From positions 958 through 64,957 of IMG/VR virus record IMGVR_UViG_3300037882_002341: a stretch of DNA of 64,000 nt. One strand, given 5' to 3'. The stretch comes from a virus (Duplodnaviria; Heunggongvirae; Uroviricota; Caudoviricetes). The notes below the pieces were generated by a model. The model was not told the DNA's origin. It searched no databases and saw nothing but the letters and a program-made list of their open reading frames with translations. Below, in pieces: positions 32,103-41,352 of the stretch (the first letter of the stretch is position 1; every line of letters starts with the position of its first letter). The position numbers were made by a program, and so were the translations under genes.

Positions 32103-33010
32103 TGTCAGATTTCTCCGATCCACTTGATCCTCTTGGCATAGGCAAGAATAGAATTCCCGAGAATCCTCCTCCGGAGGATATATCTGCGTCTTTAGAACCA
32201 GTAATTCCAGAGAACTTTGGCCTACCATCTCCCATCTCTATTGAAGAGGATAAATCAAACACCCTTGTCCACATTGGGTTAAGAGAAGAAAACGTACCAG
32301 AAGAGAGAAGAGTAGAACTACCTGAGTTTAATGTCCCTGAGTCGGCTACAGAGAAACAACGTAAATTGGTTCAGGATGCGGTAAAGGATGTTGTCCTTCT
32401 CGGGGCCCAGGCATCCGCTATGATCTGTGAGGGAGAGGCCTGTCCGTATGCTAAGAAGTGTCCCCTTTTAAGATACAACCTACCCACACCAAATGGCTCC
32501 GAATGCCCAATCGAGCTATACGCTATGAGAATCTGGATGCAGGCACAGATGAGAGAAATGGAGATTAATCCACACGATGTCGGTTCTTTCTATGATGTAA
32601 TGGCAAGTCAGGCCATGACCGGTCTTCTTCTTCAAACTCAAAGAGCAAGATGGGGAGAAGCCCTGAACCCCATACTAGAGCAGACCATGGAGAACATTAT
32701 TTCTCAGGGGAATAAGACCATTACCACTATTGTGAAGACAGGCAACTTCAACACAGACTACAGAGAAAGAGCTCTTAAACAATTAGAGAAAATGGCCAAG
32801 AGCAATATGCAAACAAGGGAAAGAAAAGCCGCTCTCACCAAGGCTGGCTGGAAAGATAAGTCTAAGCATGCTGCGGAGGTCTCTGAAAGACTGGCAGAGA
32901 TAAGAGAGGTTGAAGAGAAGGTGTCTGGGGTAGATGTTAATGGTCTTCCTGTGGCCTTGTCTAGGATTAAACGCTTTAACGTTGGCACACCAGACAAGGA
33001 AGTCGATTAA
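32096..33010 (+). CDS. Cys-cluster protein, possible terminase small subunit
   Basis: CEGEACPYAKKCP...CPIE plus helical C-terminus; lies upstream of the packaging genes. Confidence 0.45.
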   Translation: MVMSDFSDPLDPLGIGKNRIPENPPPEDISASLEPVIPENFGLPSPISIEEDKSNTLVHIGLREENVPEERRVELPEFNVPESATEKQRKLVQDAVKDVVLLGAQASAMICEGEACPYAKKCPLLRYNLPTPNGSECPIELYAMRIWMQAQMREMEINPHDVGSFYDVMASQAMTGLLLQTQRARWGEALNPILEQTMENIISQGNKTITTIVKTGNFNTDYRERALKQLEKMAKSNMQTRERKAALTKAGWKDKSKHAAEVSERLAEIREVEEKVSGVDVNGLPVALSRIKRFNVGTPDKEVD

Positions 33011-33037
33011 GACATATATTTAATGTAGAATGTATCT

Positions 33038-34867
33038 ATGCCCAGTCCCAGCGTAGATAACTATTCTGACAGCGCCTTTCTGCGTAACTCTATTTACTAC
33101 CAGAAATACGGCAGCAAGGGGCACAATCTCCTAATGGAGTATCTTGGGAACCAACTCCCACAACTGTCTCGTAGTTTTCACCCAACAACAAATGTCCTTG
33201 CTTTTGACCTCGAGACAACCGGAGTTGGAGATGATGCAGAAATCATTCAGTTCTTTGGAAGGCTCCACGATAAGAATCTTAATCCTATAGATAGTGGCCT
33301 TGAGGTTATAGCCAAAAGAACCAAACCCTGGGAATGGAAGGCCCAGGCCTTGGCTAAAAGCGCAGGATTAGGAGATGACGTTCTGTCTACACGGGGAGTA
33401 GACCAAGACGTAATGAAGACACGGGTCATAGATTATCTTGATACCCTACATGCAAAGCATGGTAAGTTCCAGGCTCTAGGATCCAATATTAGATTCGATA
33501 CAGAGCGACTATCTGCTCTTATCGGTGAGGAGAAAATGGCTCAGTATTTTGAGCCCAATCTTCTCGACACAATGTCTTTATCCGCCTTTGAAACGGGTAG
33601 AAGAGGAGGACCAAGTGTATCTCACGGTCTTCCTGCGATCATACAAAGACTTGGTATTGAAAATACCATGATCCACAATGCGGTGGGAGACGTACCCGCA
33701 GCTGTGGAGGCGTATAAAACATTACTGGGTGGCACAGAAACAGTATCACGTACCCCAATAAGAAGAGCATTTGTCATTCCACAAGCAATTCAAAGCGCTG
33801 GTAAAGCCAGCGTACCGGGCATTAAGGGGCACTGGAAGCTTGCCACTGCGATAGCCGGTCTTGGTGTGATCGGAATGGCCTCCAGAAGCGATAGCTCAGA
33901 CAGCCAGCAGATTAAGGGCATTCGCACGCCCTATGGTCCATATGACACCATACACGGTATTAATACCAGCTCTTCTCTTACTCCTTTCGGTTCCGGCAGG
34001 AATATCATATCTCAATTCTTAAACGAGGCTAACCTACCAGGACACCCATGGATTAGAGCATCAAGTCTTGGATATACAAGACAAGAAGACATCAATAAGG
34101 TTTATTTACGGGATTCCGAGGACGACCCGGAATCCAGAAGTATCATGTCTAGCGGTGACTTTATTCACGCACACATTCAAAGAATGATGATGCGTAACGG
34201 GCAAGCCGTAGGATCAGAAGTAGAGGTGGCTGATCCAATCTCAAGAGTGCAGGGCTCAATTGACGTGCTTCTTAAGGGTAATATTCCACTCGAGATCAAG
34301 ACTGTTGGAAGCCTATATGATCTTAAAAGTCTAAAAGCAGCTAAAGATACAGCTGTATCACAGGCCAATGCTTATGCAATTATGCTGGGCGCACCCTATG
34401 GCATTGTCATGTATACGGCCAGAGAAAATCAAGACCATTATAAAAGCTTTAAAATACCGGTTGATCTCGAGAGATATAGATCAGATGTTGCAAGACTAAG
34501 GCTTGGTATTCAGAGAATCCCCGGAGAGCCCGTTGGTCATAACACTCTTGCTGTTAACTTTAAACAATTCAAGGCTACACTATCTCAACCACAAGGCTTA
34601 ATAGAAAGATTGCTTCACCCTTGGAGAGGTACAGCGGGCCCGCCTGTCTTTTATAGCCAGGATGCTGTAGAGCCCATAGGTGATTATGGTAGAACCATGG
34701 TGGCGGCCTTTAGAGAAGGTAATGCTGGTGTGGTTCAAGACTTGGGAGAAAGGGCAATAAATCACGGATATCGCAATCAAAGACGTCATATGATAGGATA
34801 TAGTGGAAGCCCACATTCTAATTCTCACCCAATAAGAAGCAGGGCTAATAGGAGTGGTAATGTCTAG
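33038..34867 (+). CDS. DEDDh exonuclease domain fused to a PD-(D/E)XK (Cas4/RecB-like) nuclease domain
   Basis: FDLETTG, NIRFD, HNAVGD; then G..IH, E, GSID, LEIKT, Q...Y. Confidence 0.8.
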   Translation: MPSPSVDNYSDSAFLRNSIYYQKYGSKGHNLLMEYLGNQLPQLSRSFHPTTNVLAFDLETTGVGDDAEIIQFFGRLHDKNLNPIDSGLEVIAKRTKPWEWKAQALAKSAGLGDDVLSTRGVDQDVMKTRVIDYLDTLHAKHGKFQALGSNIRFDTERLSALIGEEKMAQYFEPNLLDTMSLSAFETGRRGGPSVSHGLPAIIQRLGIENTMIHNAVGDVPAAVEAYKTLLGGTETVSRTPIRRAFVIPQAIQSAGKASVPGIKGHWKLATAIAGLGVIGMASRSDSSDSQQIKGIRTPYGPYDTIHGINTSSSLTPFGSGRNIISQFLNEANLPGHPWIRASSLGYTRQEDINKVYLRDSEDDPESRSIMSSGDFIHAHIQRMMMRNGQAVGSEVEVADPISRVQGSIDVLLKGNIPLEIKTVGSLYDLKSLKAAKDTAVSQANAYAIMLGAPYGIVMYTARENQDHYKSFKIPVDLERYRSDVARLRLGIQRIPGEPVGHNTLAVNFKQFKATLSQPQGLIERLLHPWRGTAGPPVFYSQDAVEPIGDYGRTMVAAFREGNAGVVQDLGERAINHGYRNQRRHMIGYSGSPHSNSHPIRSRANRSGNV

Positions 34868-35477
34868 ACTCGGTATTATAGATTCCTTTGGGCAAGGCCT
34901 TAGAAGAACGGCTGAGAAGTATATTGACAATATCAATCCTATTCGTATGTTCAATATGCAACAGGGACATAAATTAAGAGCCGATCTTGGTGGATCTTAT
35001 TCAAGAAGAGTTGGCCCCGCGATGCTAGGTAGAACAACGAGGGCCCGAGCAGGAAGGCAAAGTGTGCCTACTGGTAAAAGAATTCAAGCTTATTTTAATG
35101 GTTACAACATGGACGATCTGTCTGGACTACCAGAGCATGGGAATATGATGTCTATGTCCAGAATGGAAAGGGCTGGAAGTCGTGGACATAGCCTTTATGC
35201 GAAAGTTGCAGCTAAGAGAGCTGGTGTACGAAGAGTGTCGGCTGGTATCTTGGGTGCTGCAACGGTCGGTACGATGGTTTTCGGCAGAGACAACCTTGTC
35301 TCAGAAGCGGGGATAAGTGGTGTTTCTCTTGGGGGTGTCGGTCTAGCCTCGGCTGGCATAGCCGAATTAGGCCATAGATCGGGTCACGGTAGAGCAGGAG
35401 CTATGGGCGCTGCTGCTCTCGTCGGTTGGACAGCTCTAAATATGTACAGAAGTGGCGACAATTGGGGGCCAATGTAA
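34860..35477 (+). CDS. Gly/Arg-rich protein with hydrophobic C-terminal helices (putative virion internal protein)
   Basis: Composition and position; AGGAG RBS. Confidence 0.65.
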   Translation: MSRLGIIDSFGQGLRRTAEKYIDNINPIRMFNMQQGHKLRADLGGSYSRRVGPAMLGRTTRARAGRQSVPTGKRIQAYFNGYNMDDLSGLPEHGNMMSMSRMERAGSRGHSLYAKVAAKRAGVRRVSAGILGAATVGTMVFGRDNLVSEAGISGVSLGGVGLASAGIAELGHRSGHGRAGAMGAAALVGWTALNMYRSGDNWGPM

Positions 35478-36388
35478 TGTTGGGGAGCATACTTAAAACA
35501 GGTGCTCGCGCAGTGCGAGGAACCACCAGAGCCATTTTCAGAGCCCCTCCTGGCCACAGGATAAGTCCACTAATCAAGGGCGCTGCGGGCGTAATAGGTT
35601 TTAACACTGCAGCTAGCATGTTAGAAAACTACTCCAGAGGTAATTTTGAGAATGATGGTAGTAAAACAGTTGCCAATATTGGTGCTGGCCTATTAAGACT
35701 TAAAGGATTTCATTCCGGTTTGATGGGAGCTACCAGGACAGCGGGTATGTATGGTGGTTTTGCTGGAAGATCTCTGGGTAATAGTAACAATGGGATAGCC
35801 AGAATGACCGGCAGGAAACTAAGCTCTTTCTCCGGAGAGATAAGACCAGGGGGATCAGCAGACAAATTTCTTTCAGGACTCTCTCCAGAAAGACTTATCT
35901 TCAAGGGAGGTAAACTTGCTGGTAAAGGTTTAGGCCATCTGGCTAAACTCCCCATAAATGCGGCGACAGGAACTGGAGAATACTTCAGATTAGGTTACAG
36001 AATTGAGAAGGCCTCAAGAGCAGCGGGTGGTGGCATCGCTGGTGCCAAGGCTGGATGGTCAACCTTTGGGGCCGGTATGGCAGGCATGAGACATGATTTT
36101 GCGCCCATGCTAGCTGCTGGATTGGCCGTTGGTGGTGCGCGTGCATTTGTCAAGAACTATCATCCTCAACAAGGTGATGGTTACCTATCTGATCCCAGGT
36201 CTTGGAGCGAGACAAGATACACAATGCCAGGCATGGGTGGACCACATGGTAGTGTGGGCTCTATAGACCCGTCTAATTTCCCAGGTGGTATAACCGTGGG
36301 GAGAGGAAGATCCGCAATAAGAAGTCAAACCGTCATGGAAGGTCAAATGGCTGTTACCTCCAAAATGGTAACAAGAAGAAGAGTCTAA
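35477..36388 (+). CDS. Gly/Ala-rich putative virion internal protein
   Basis: TAATG overlap; composition. Confidence 0.65.
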   Translation: MLGSILKTGARAVRGTTRAIFRAPPGHRISPLIKGAAGVIGFNTAASMLENYSRGNFENDGSKTVANIGAGLLRLKGFHSGLMGATRTAGMYGGFAGRSLGNSNNGIARMTGRKLSSFSGEIRPGGSADKFLSGLSPERLIFKGGKLAGKGLGHLAKLPINAATGTGEYFRLGYRIEKASRAAGGGIAGAKAGWSTFGAGMAGMRHDFAPMLAAGLAVGGARAFVKNYHPQQGDGYLSDPRSWSETRYTMPGMGGPHGSVGSIDPSNFPGGITVGRGRSAIRSQTVMEGQMAVTSKMVTRRRV

Positions 36389-36389
36389 A

Positions 36390-37223
36390 ATGCCAGGACC
36401 CTATGACCTCTATGGAAACATAGAAGAAGAGAGATCTGTAAGCTCAAGACTTCCCTTTAACATAGGTGGCTCAGGCGTCGGAGCTTGGTTACCTGAGCTT
36501 GGCACCTACGCAGTAGGTGCCCTTGCCTTCCGCTATGGCATTAAGAGTGGTCTTGGAAACAAATTCTTTGGTGGACCAAAGAGCCTATTAACCTTTGGTG
36601 CGGGATACACCCCAGCAGAGAAGGCTATTGCCAATGCCGTAGGAAGAACAGCAAAGTTGGGCGGCTCTCGCTCAAGTATCAACAGTAGAGTTAGACAAAC
36701 TCTACTAGACGCCCAAGCCACAAGAGCTACAACAACCATTCAAACAACCATGAGAATTGAAGAACAACTATCTGGCTCACCCAATAGAGTTAGACCTAAT
36801 GCTCTTTGGGGGGAAAGATTTGTTAATGCTCAACAGAATGTCCCCGCGGTTAGATTCGGGAACGGTACAACCCTACCACTTAATGACCCTCAGGCTCGCT
36901 TAAGACTTGGCAAAATAGCAGCCAATACAAGAAGGGGATCTAACTTTGCGCAATGGGGCAATAACCTCAAAGGATTTTCTAAAGCTCTGGGTGCAATGGC
37001 TGTTTTTGGTGGCATGATAGATCTAGGCACATCTTTGGGAGAGGCCGCAATTGATTGGAGACCACGTAGAGATAGTCCATCTCCATTTGAGTTTGGCAAT
37101 GTTTATACAGAAATCACAGGGGCCTATACCCAGCGTCAGAGGGCCATCATGGCCATTCATGATTCACAGCTTACAAGCCGTGCTGCCATTGGCAACGAAG
37201 CTAGTTTCATCCACGGTGCGTAA
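36390..37223 (+). CDS. Gly/Ala-rich putative virion protein
   Basis: C-terminal T.RQRA..AI..S....R...GNEA...H motif; immediately upstream of terminase. Confidence 0.65.
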   Translation: MPGPYDLYGNIEEERSVSSRLPFNIGGSGVGAWLPELGTYAVGALAFRYGIKSGLGNKFFGGPKSLLTFGAGYTPAEKAIANAVGRTAKLGGSRSSINSRVRQTLLDAQATRATTTIQTTMRIEEQLSGSPNRVRPNALWGERFVNAQQNVPAVRFGNGTTLPLNDPQARLRLGKIAANTRRGSNFAQWGNNLKGFSKALGAMAVFGGMIDLGTSLGEAAIDWRPRRDSPSPFEFGNVYTEITGAYTQRQRAIMAIHDSQLTSRAAIGNEASFIHGA

Positions 37224-37226
37224 ACA

Positions 37227-39359
37227 ATGAGATACGATGACTACGTACCCGAGATAGATTATGCTCAGAGAGGTTACAAACCAGTAGGTGGTAGGGTTAA
37301 TCATTTCTGCGAAGACTGTGTTGTGTACTATAAGGAGCTCCACGCAGACGGGAAGACCAAAAGAGAATTCCCCTTCAACTATGTCAAACAAGACGGCAGA
37401 ACCATCCAGACTTGTCGTTTTGATAAACGACTAGACAAAGAATATGTTCGCAGAGAGAACTTTGATACAGATGAAGATTATGAAGAAGCCCTTGTCTCTG
37501 TCGATCCTGTAACATGGGCGTATTCTGAGCTTGGCTGGAAACCTAGGTGGTATCAGGAAGAAATTCTTTGTTGCACTTCTCAGTTTAAGGCCATCAGAGC
37601 TGGCCGACGTGTCGGTAAAACAGCGTCCCTATCTGTACTAGCTCTTTGGTATGCTGTAACCAATAAGAACTTCGAGGTTCTACTTGTCTGCCCGTTCGTT
37701 GCCCAGGTCTCAAAGATCATGGACAACATTAGAAAACTCATGGCAGAGAGTCCCGGTGTATCAAACTCCGTTGTAAGAGACGTGAGAAGCTCCCCTCAGG
37801 AAATAGAGTTTGCCAATGGATCCAAGATAAGAGGTTTCGCTGCCGGAGGCAGCTCGTCTGGCAGATCTGACCAGATCAGAGGACAGGATGCCGACCTTAT
37901 TATCATGGACGAGGTGGACTATATTGCGGACGCAGACATCGAAGTCATTATGGCTATCCTCACATCCAACGAGGGAGTTAGAGTCGTAGTTTCTTCTACT
38001 CCACGTGGTCTAAGATCTCGACTATTTGAATGGACGAGAGACAAGGATGGTAGATGGAAAGAATTCTGGTACATCTCTGCGGAGGGCCCTTCTTGGAAAG
38101 AGGAAACAGAAGAGTTCTATCTGCAGATGTACTCTCCAGGAGGCTATGCTCGAGAGTTTCTTGCGGAATTCGGCGAGGAGATGACCGGAGTATTTAGGGG
38201 AACAGATCTTCAAAAATGCATCTTCCCATATAAATACGAAGACTGTCACCCAGATAACACCAATTGTACCTACACCATGGGTGTTGACTGGAATAAGATT
38301 ACCGGTACACACATTTGTGTTATTGAAAGACCTAAGACTGGCCCAATCTCTTATAAGCTTGTAGACAAAGTTATCATAAGAAAGACAGAGTTCACGCAGA
38401 TGGATGCGGTTAGGACTATTCAGGAACTAGATAATAAGTGGCACACAAGTTATATCTATTGCGACGCAGGATTTGGCCATACACAGGTTGAAATGTTGTG
38501 GTCAGAAGATAAGACAACACCACACAAAAACTATAGAAATCGAGTCAAGCCTATTGAGATGAACTCAAATATCATTATTTATGATCCAATCTTGAAGCAA
38601 GAGATTAAGAAGCCAGCCAAACCACTAATGGTCTATCTGGCCGCACATCAGGTAGAGAGAACAAGAGTTATGTTCCCCAAACTTGAGGACACAGTAACTC
38701 CAGTTGTGCCAGAAGAACTGGCATATGCAAATATAGGTATTATCCAGCAAGCCAGAAACTTTATGGTAACTAAAGTTTCCCCAACAGGCAGAGAAACGTT
38801 CTCTCAGGATTACGAGCACACTCTTACCGCCTGGATGTTGGGTATCATGGCTCACCTTCTTGAGTACGGAGATTACCAGAAGATAAACCACGATCTCTTT
38901 ATAGGTAAGACTGGACCACTTGGACAGAGTAGTGGGAGACCAGAAGTTAAACTCAAGGATGTATTTGGTCAAGATCTTCCTCCTGCGCAGATCAAGAATG
39001 CCATGGATCGTCTTAGAGATATAAGACAAAAAGAGGCTGCAGAAAGAAAAGCCAATCTCTTCAACACAAGAAGAGCCAGCCTCGAGAAAGATACCACTTC
39101 CCGAGGCGCAGTCTTGAATGGTGCCTCAGAAAGCGATGAGATGAACAGGGGTAGCTCAGTAACACGCCACGAGGGTGGTGTCTATGTTAGCCACAAAATG
39201 GGCGAGACTCTTATCTCCAGAAACGGGGTGCCCGTAAAAGACGCTTCGAAACTAGCTCGTTGGGGTAGGAATTCTATAGGTGATAGTCCTAGACAAAGAG
39301 ACATATATGGCCGTAGAATAACCAGAACTGGTAAGTTTGAGAGGCGCAATGGCCGTTAA
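37227..39359 (+). CDS. terL: terminase large subunit
   Basis: YQ adenine motif, Walker A AGRRVGKT, Walker B IIMDE, SSTP motif, nuclease GVDW. Confidence 0.95.
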   Translation: MRYDDYVPEIDYAQRGYKPVGGRVNHFCEDCVVYYKELHADGKTKREFPFNYVKQDGRTIQTCRFDKRLDKEYVRRENFDTDEDYEEALVSVDPVTWAYSELGWKPRWYQEEILCCTSQFKAIRAGRRVGKTASLSVLALWYAVTNKNFEVLLVCPFVAQVSKIMDNIRKLMAESPGVSNSVVRDVRSSPQEIEFANGSKIRGFAAGGSSSGRSDQIRGQDADLIIMDEVDYIADADIEVIMAILTSNEGVRVVVSSTPRGLRSRLFEWTRDKDGRWKEFWYISAEGPSWKEETEEFYLQMYSPGGYAREFLAEFGEEMTGVFRGTDLQKCIFPYKYEDCHPDNTNCTYTMGVDWNKITGTHICVIERPKTGPISYKLVDKVIIRKTEFTQMDAVRTIQELDNKWHTSYIYCDAGFGHTQVEMLWSEDKTTPHKNYRNRVKPIEMNSNIIIYDPILKQEIKKPAKPLMVYLAAHQVERTRVMFPKLEDTVTPVVPEELAYANIGIIQQARNFMVTKVSPTGRETFSQDYEHTLTAWMLGIMAHLLEYGDYQKINHDLFIGKTGPLGQSSGRPEVKLKDVFGQDLPPAQIKNAMDRLRDIRQKEAAERKANLFNTRRASLEKDTTSRGAVLNGASESDEMNRGSSVTRHEGGVYVSHKMGETLISRNGVPVKDASKLARWGRNSIGDSPRQRDIYGRRITRTGKFERRNGR

Positions 39360-41343
39360 TCCCCTATCCCCATCTGTTATTGAGCTACATCGCGAACGTA
39401 TCCTAACGGATATCGGGCGCATTAGAGACTCCAAAAATCTAACTCCCGATCCAGATCAACTAGAAAAACTATTCAATAGGGCAGCCTTTCTTTCCAACAA
39501 GGCCAACATTGTGGCCAGATCTCTCTCCGAAGTGGCAGAGAAATACTTTATTCCTGTTGATCCTGAAGCTACTGACGTAGTCGCGGCTGTAAAAAGAAAG
39601 AGTGCTGATTCTCTGGATGGTCTAAAGATATCCTTTGATCTCTTCAAGGATGCCGTCAAGGCATCCCAACAAACTAAGAAAGACATGGAAGAAACTGTCA
39701 TTCTTAGTCAATCAATAACAACTGGCTCTGTCCTTCAAAAGAGGATAAGGAAGATTCGGGCCCGAGCCTCCATCATGGTCCAAAGTGGCTTTGATCCGGA
39801 AGATCAATTGCTCGAGACTTTAGTCTCGCAGTTTATCATCCTGTGGATAGCTCATGAACTTATGAAGCCCTTTGAGGCCATCACAGACCACACTCAGCTC
39901 TCGGAAACATGGGTAGAGAAAGGATCCGGTAGTTCTAAGGCACAGATCATAATCTCCATTCTTATTGGTCTTGTGATGCAGTTCATAATCATGGGACTCA
40001 ATGATGACCTAATGGAAGAGTACCTGAACGAGGCAGCGGGAGGAATCTTCCCAGAAGGACACACGGCTGCTTCAATCATAGCTGAGGCCAGGTCTTTTGA
40101 GAAAACTAGGGCACATGAACTTGCCGAAATCATGGTTGGGCTTAACGATTACGAGATTATCTTACGTTATAGTTTTCAATATCTCAGAGCCACAACAGAG
40201 CCTGGGTATGATTTTTGGCTAGCCTATGTTGACGCAGTCCAAATGAGATACACAGCACAATCTCTTTGGGTTCAAGCCCCACACTACTCTGTTTCTCATG
40301 CAATTGTTACACAGACCTTTCAGGCTGGCCACAAGAGACCCAGAAACTGGGACAAGCTAGGTAAACAAAACTCCACCATCGCCTTCGATGATGTCGGGAG
40401 AATTGACAGTGAATTGGTTAGAAATGAGTTTAGACAAACAATTGTTAGCAGTCTTGTGCCCATGGCACAAGTTTCCTACCTAGCTAGGAGTGACACTCTA
40501 GACGGTATAGATCAGAATCTTGACTTAATAGCGCAAGTATTTAGTAGTGATTTTGCTATAGAAATAGCATATTGTATTGGGAGCTTTCTTGGTAAACTAG
40601 ATCCCAAGATTCTCAGGGCCCTTAGGGCCATGCTTGATGGTCTCCTTAAAGCGCACAGATTTGATTTTGGCGCAGCGCTCAATGCGATGCTAGATGCACT
40701 GATAACGCCAAACTTCGAAGAAGTAATAGCCCAAGAGGCCATGCATCAAATAGATAAGATCTTTGATAAGCTTATTGATAAGGTTTTGGGCCTATTTGGA
40801 GATGATATAGAACCATTACTTTGCTGCCCCTTTATAGGGGAAATAATACAAATGGTACTGGAAAGTATAATTAGACTTGAGGCAGAATTAAAAGGAGCTG
40901 TTAAAATCTTTCTCGGTAAGCTGTTAGAATCTACGGGTATAGGAAGCGTTAATATCGCATTGAGAGCAGAGCAAAAATACGAAGAAAGAATCATACACAA
41001 GATGATAAAGATCATCGATTCTGTTATTCGAGCCGTAGAAGCCATGGATGCAGCAACAGAGGATAAAAGAAACTTTAGTCCAAAACCACAGGATCTTCAC
41101 ACATCAATTCAATTACCTGTCCTTCAGATAGACGACAACGAAAGAACAAACTATTTTACCAGTGCTCTCCCAAGAGAGCTGAGCAATGGTAAATTTCTTC
41201 CTGCCCTTGGGGAAAAGATTGAAGCCACAGCGGTTGGAACCACTACAGATGCTCTGGACAGAATAGCGGGTAAACATTCCTGTAGTTCAGCATTTAGCCA
41301 AGAGATTTTAAACAAAGCAGCAAGATCGTTTGTTACCAAATAA
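39349..41343 (+). CDS. large helical hypothetical protein between terminase and portal
   Basis: 664 aa from MAVNP; GAGG RBS. Confidence 0.75.
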   Translation: MAVNPLSPSVIELHRERILTDIGRIRDSKNLTPDPDQLEKLFNRAAFLSNKANIVARSLSEVAEKYFIPVDPEATDVVAAVKRKSADSLDGLKISFDLFKDAVKASQQTKKDMEETVILSQSITTGSVLQKRIRKIRARASIMVQSGFDPEDQLLETLVSQFIILWIAHELMKPFEAITDHTQLSETWVEKGSGSSKAQIIISILIGLVMQFIIMGLNDDLMEEYLNEAAGGIFPEGHTAASIIAEARSFEKTRAHELAEIMVGLNDYEIILRYSFQYLRATTEPGYDFWLAYVDAVQMRYTAQSLWVQAPHYSVSHAIVTQTFQAGHKRPRNWDKLGKQNSTIAFDDVGRIDSELVRNEFRQTIVSSLVPMAQVSYLARSDTLDGIDQNLDLIAQVFSSDFAIEIAYCIGSFLGKLDPKILRALRAMLDGLLKAHRFDFGAALNAMLDALITPNFEEVIAQEAMHQIDKIFDKLIDKVLGLFGDDIEPLLCCPFIGEIIQMVLESIIRLEAELKGAVKIFLGKLLESTGIGSVNIALRAEQKYEERIIHKMIKIIDSVIRAVEAMDAATEDKRNFSPKPQDLHTSIQLPVLQIDDNERTNYFTSALPRELSNGKFLPALGEKIEATAVGTTTDALDRIAGKHSCSSAFSQEILNKAARSFVTK

Positions 41344-41352
41344 AAGGAAACT

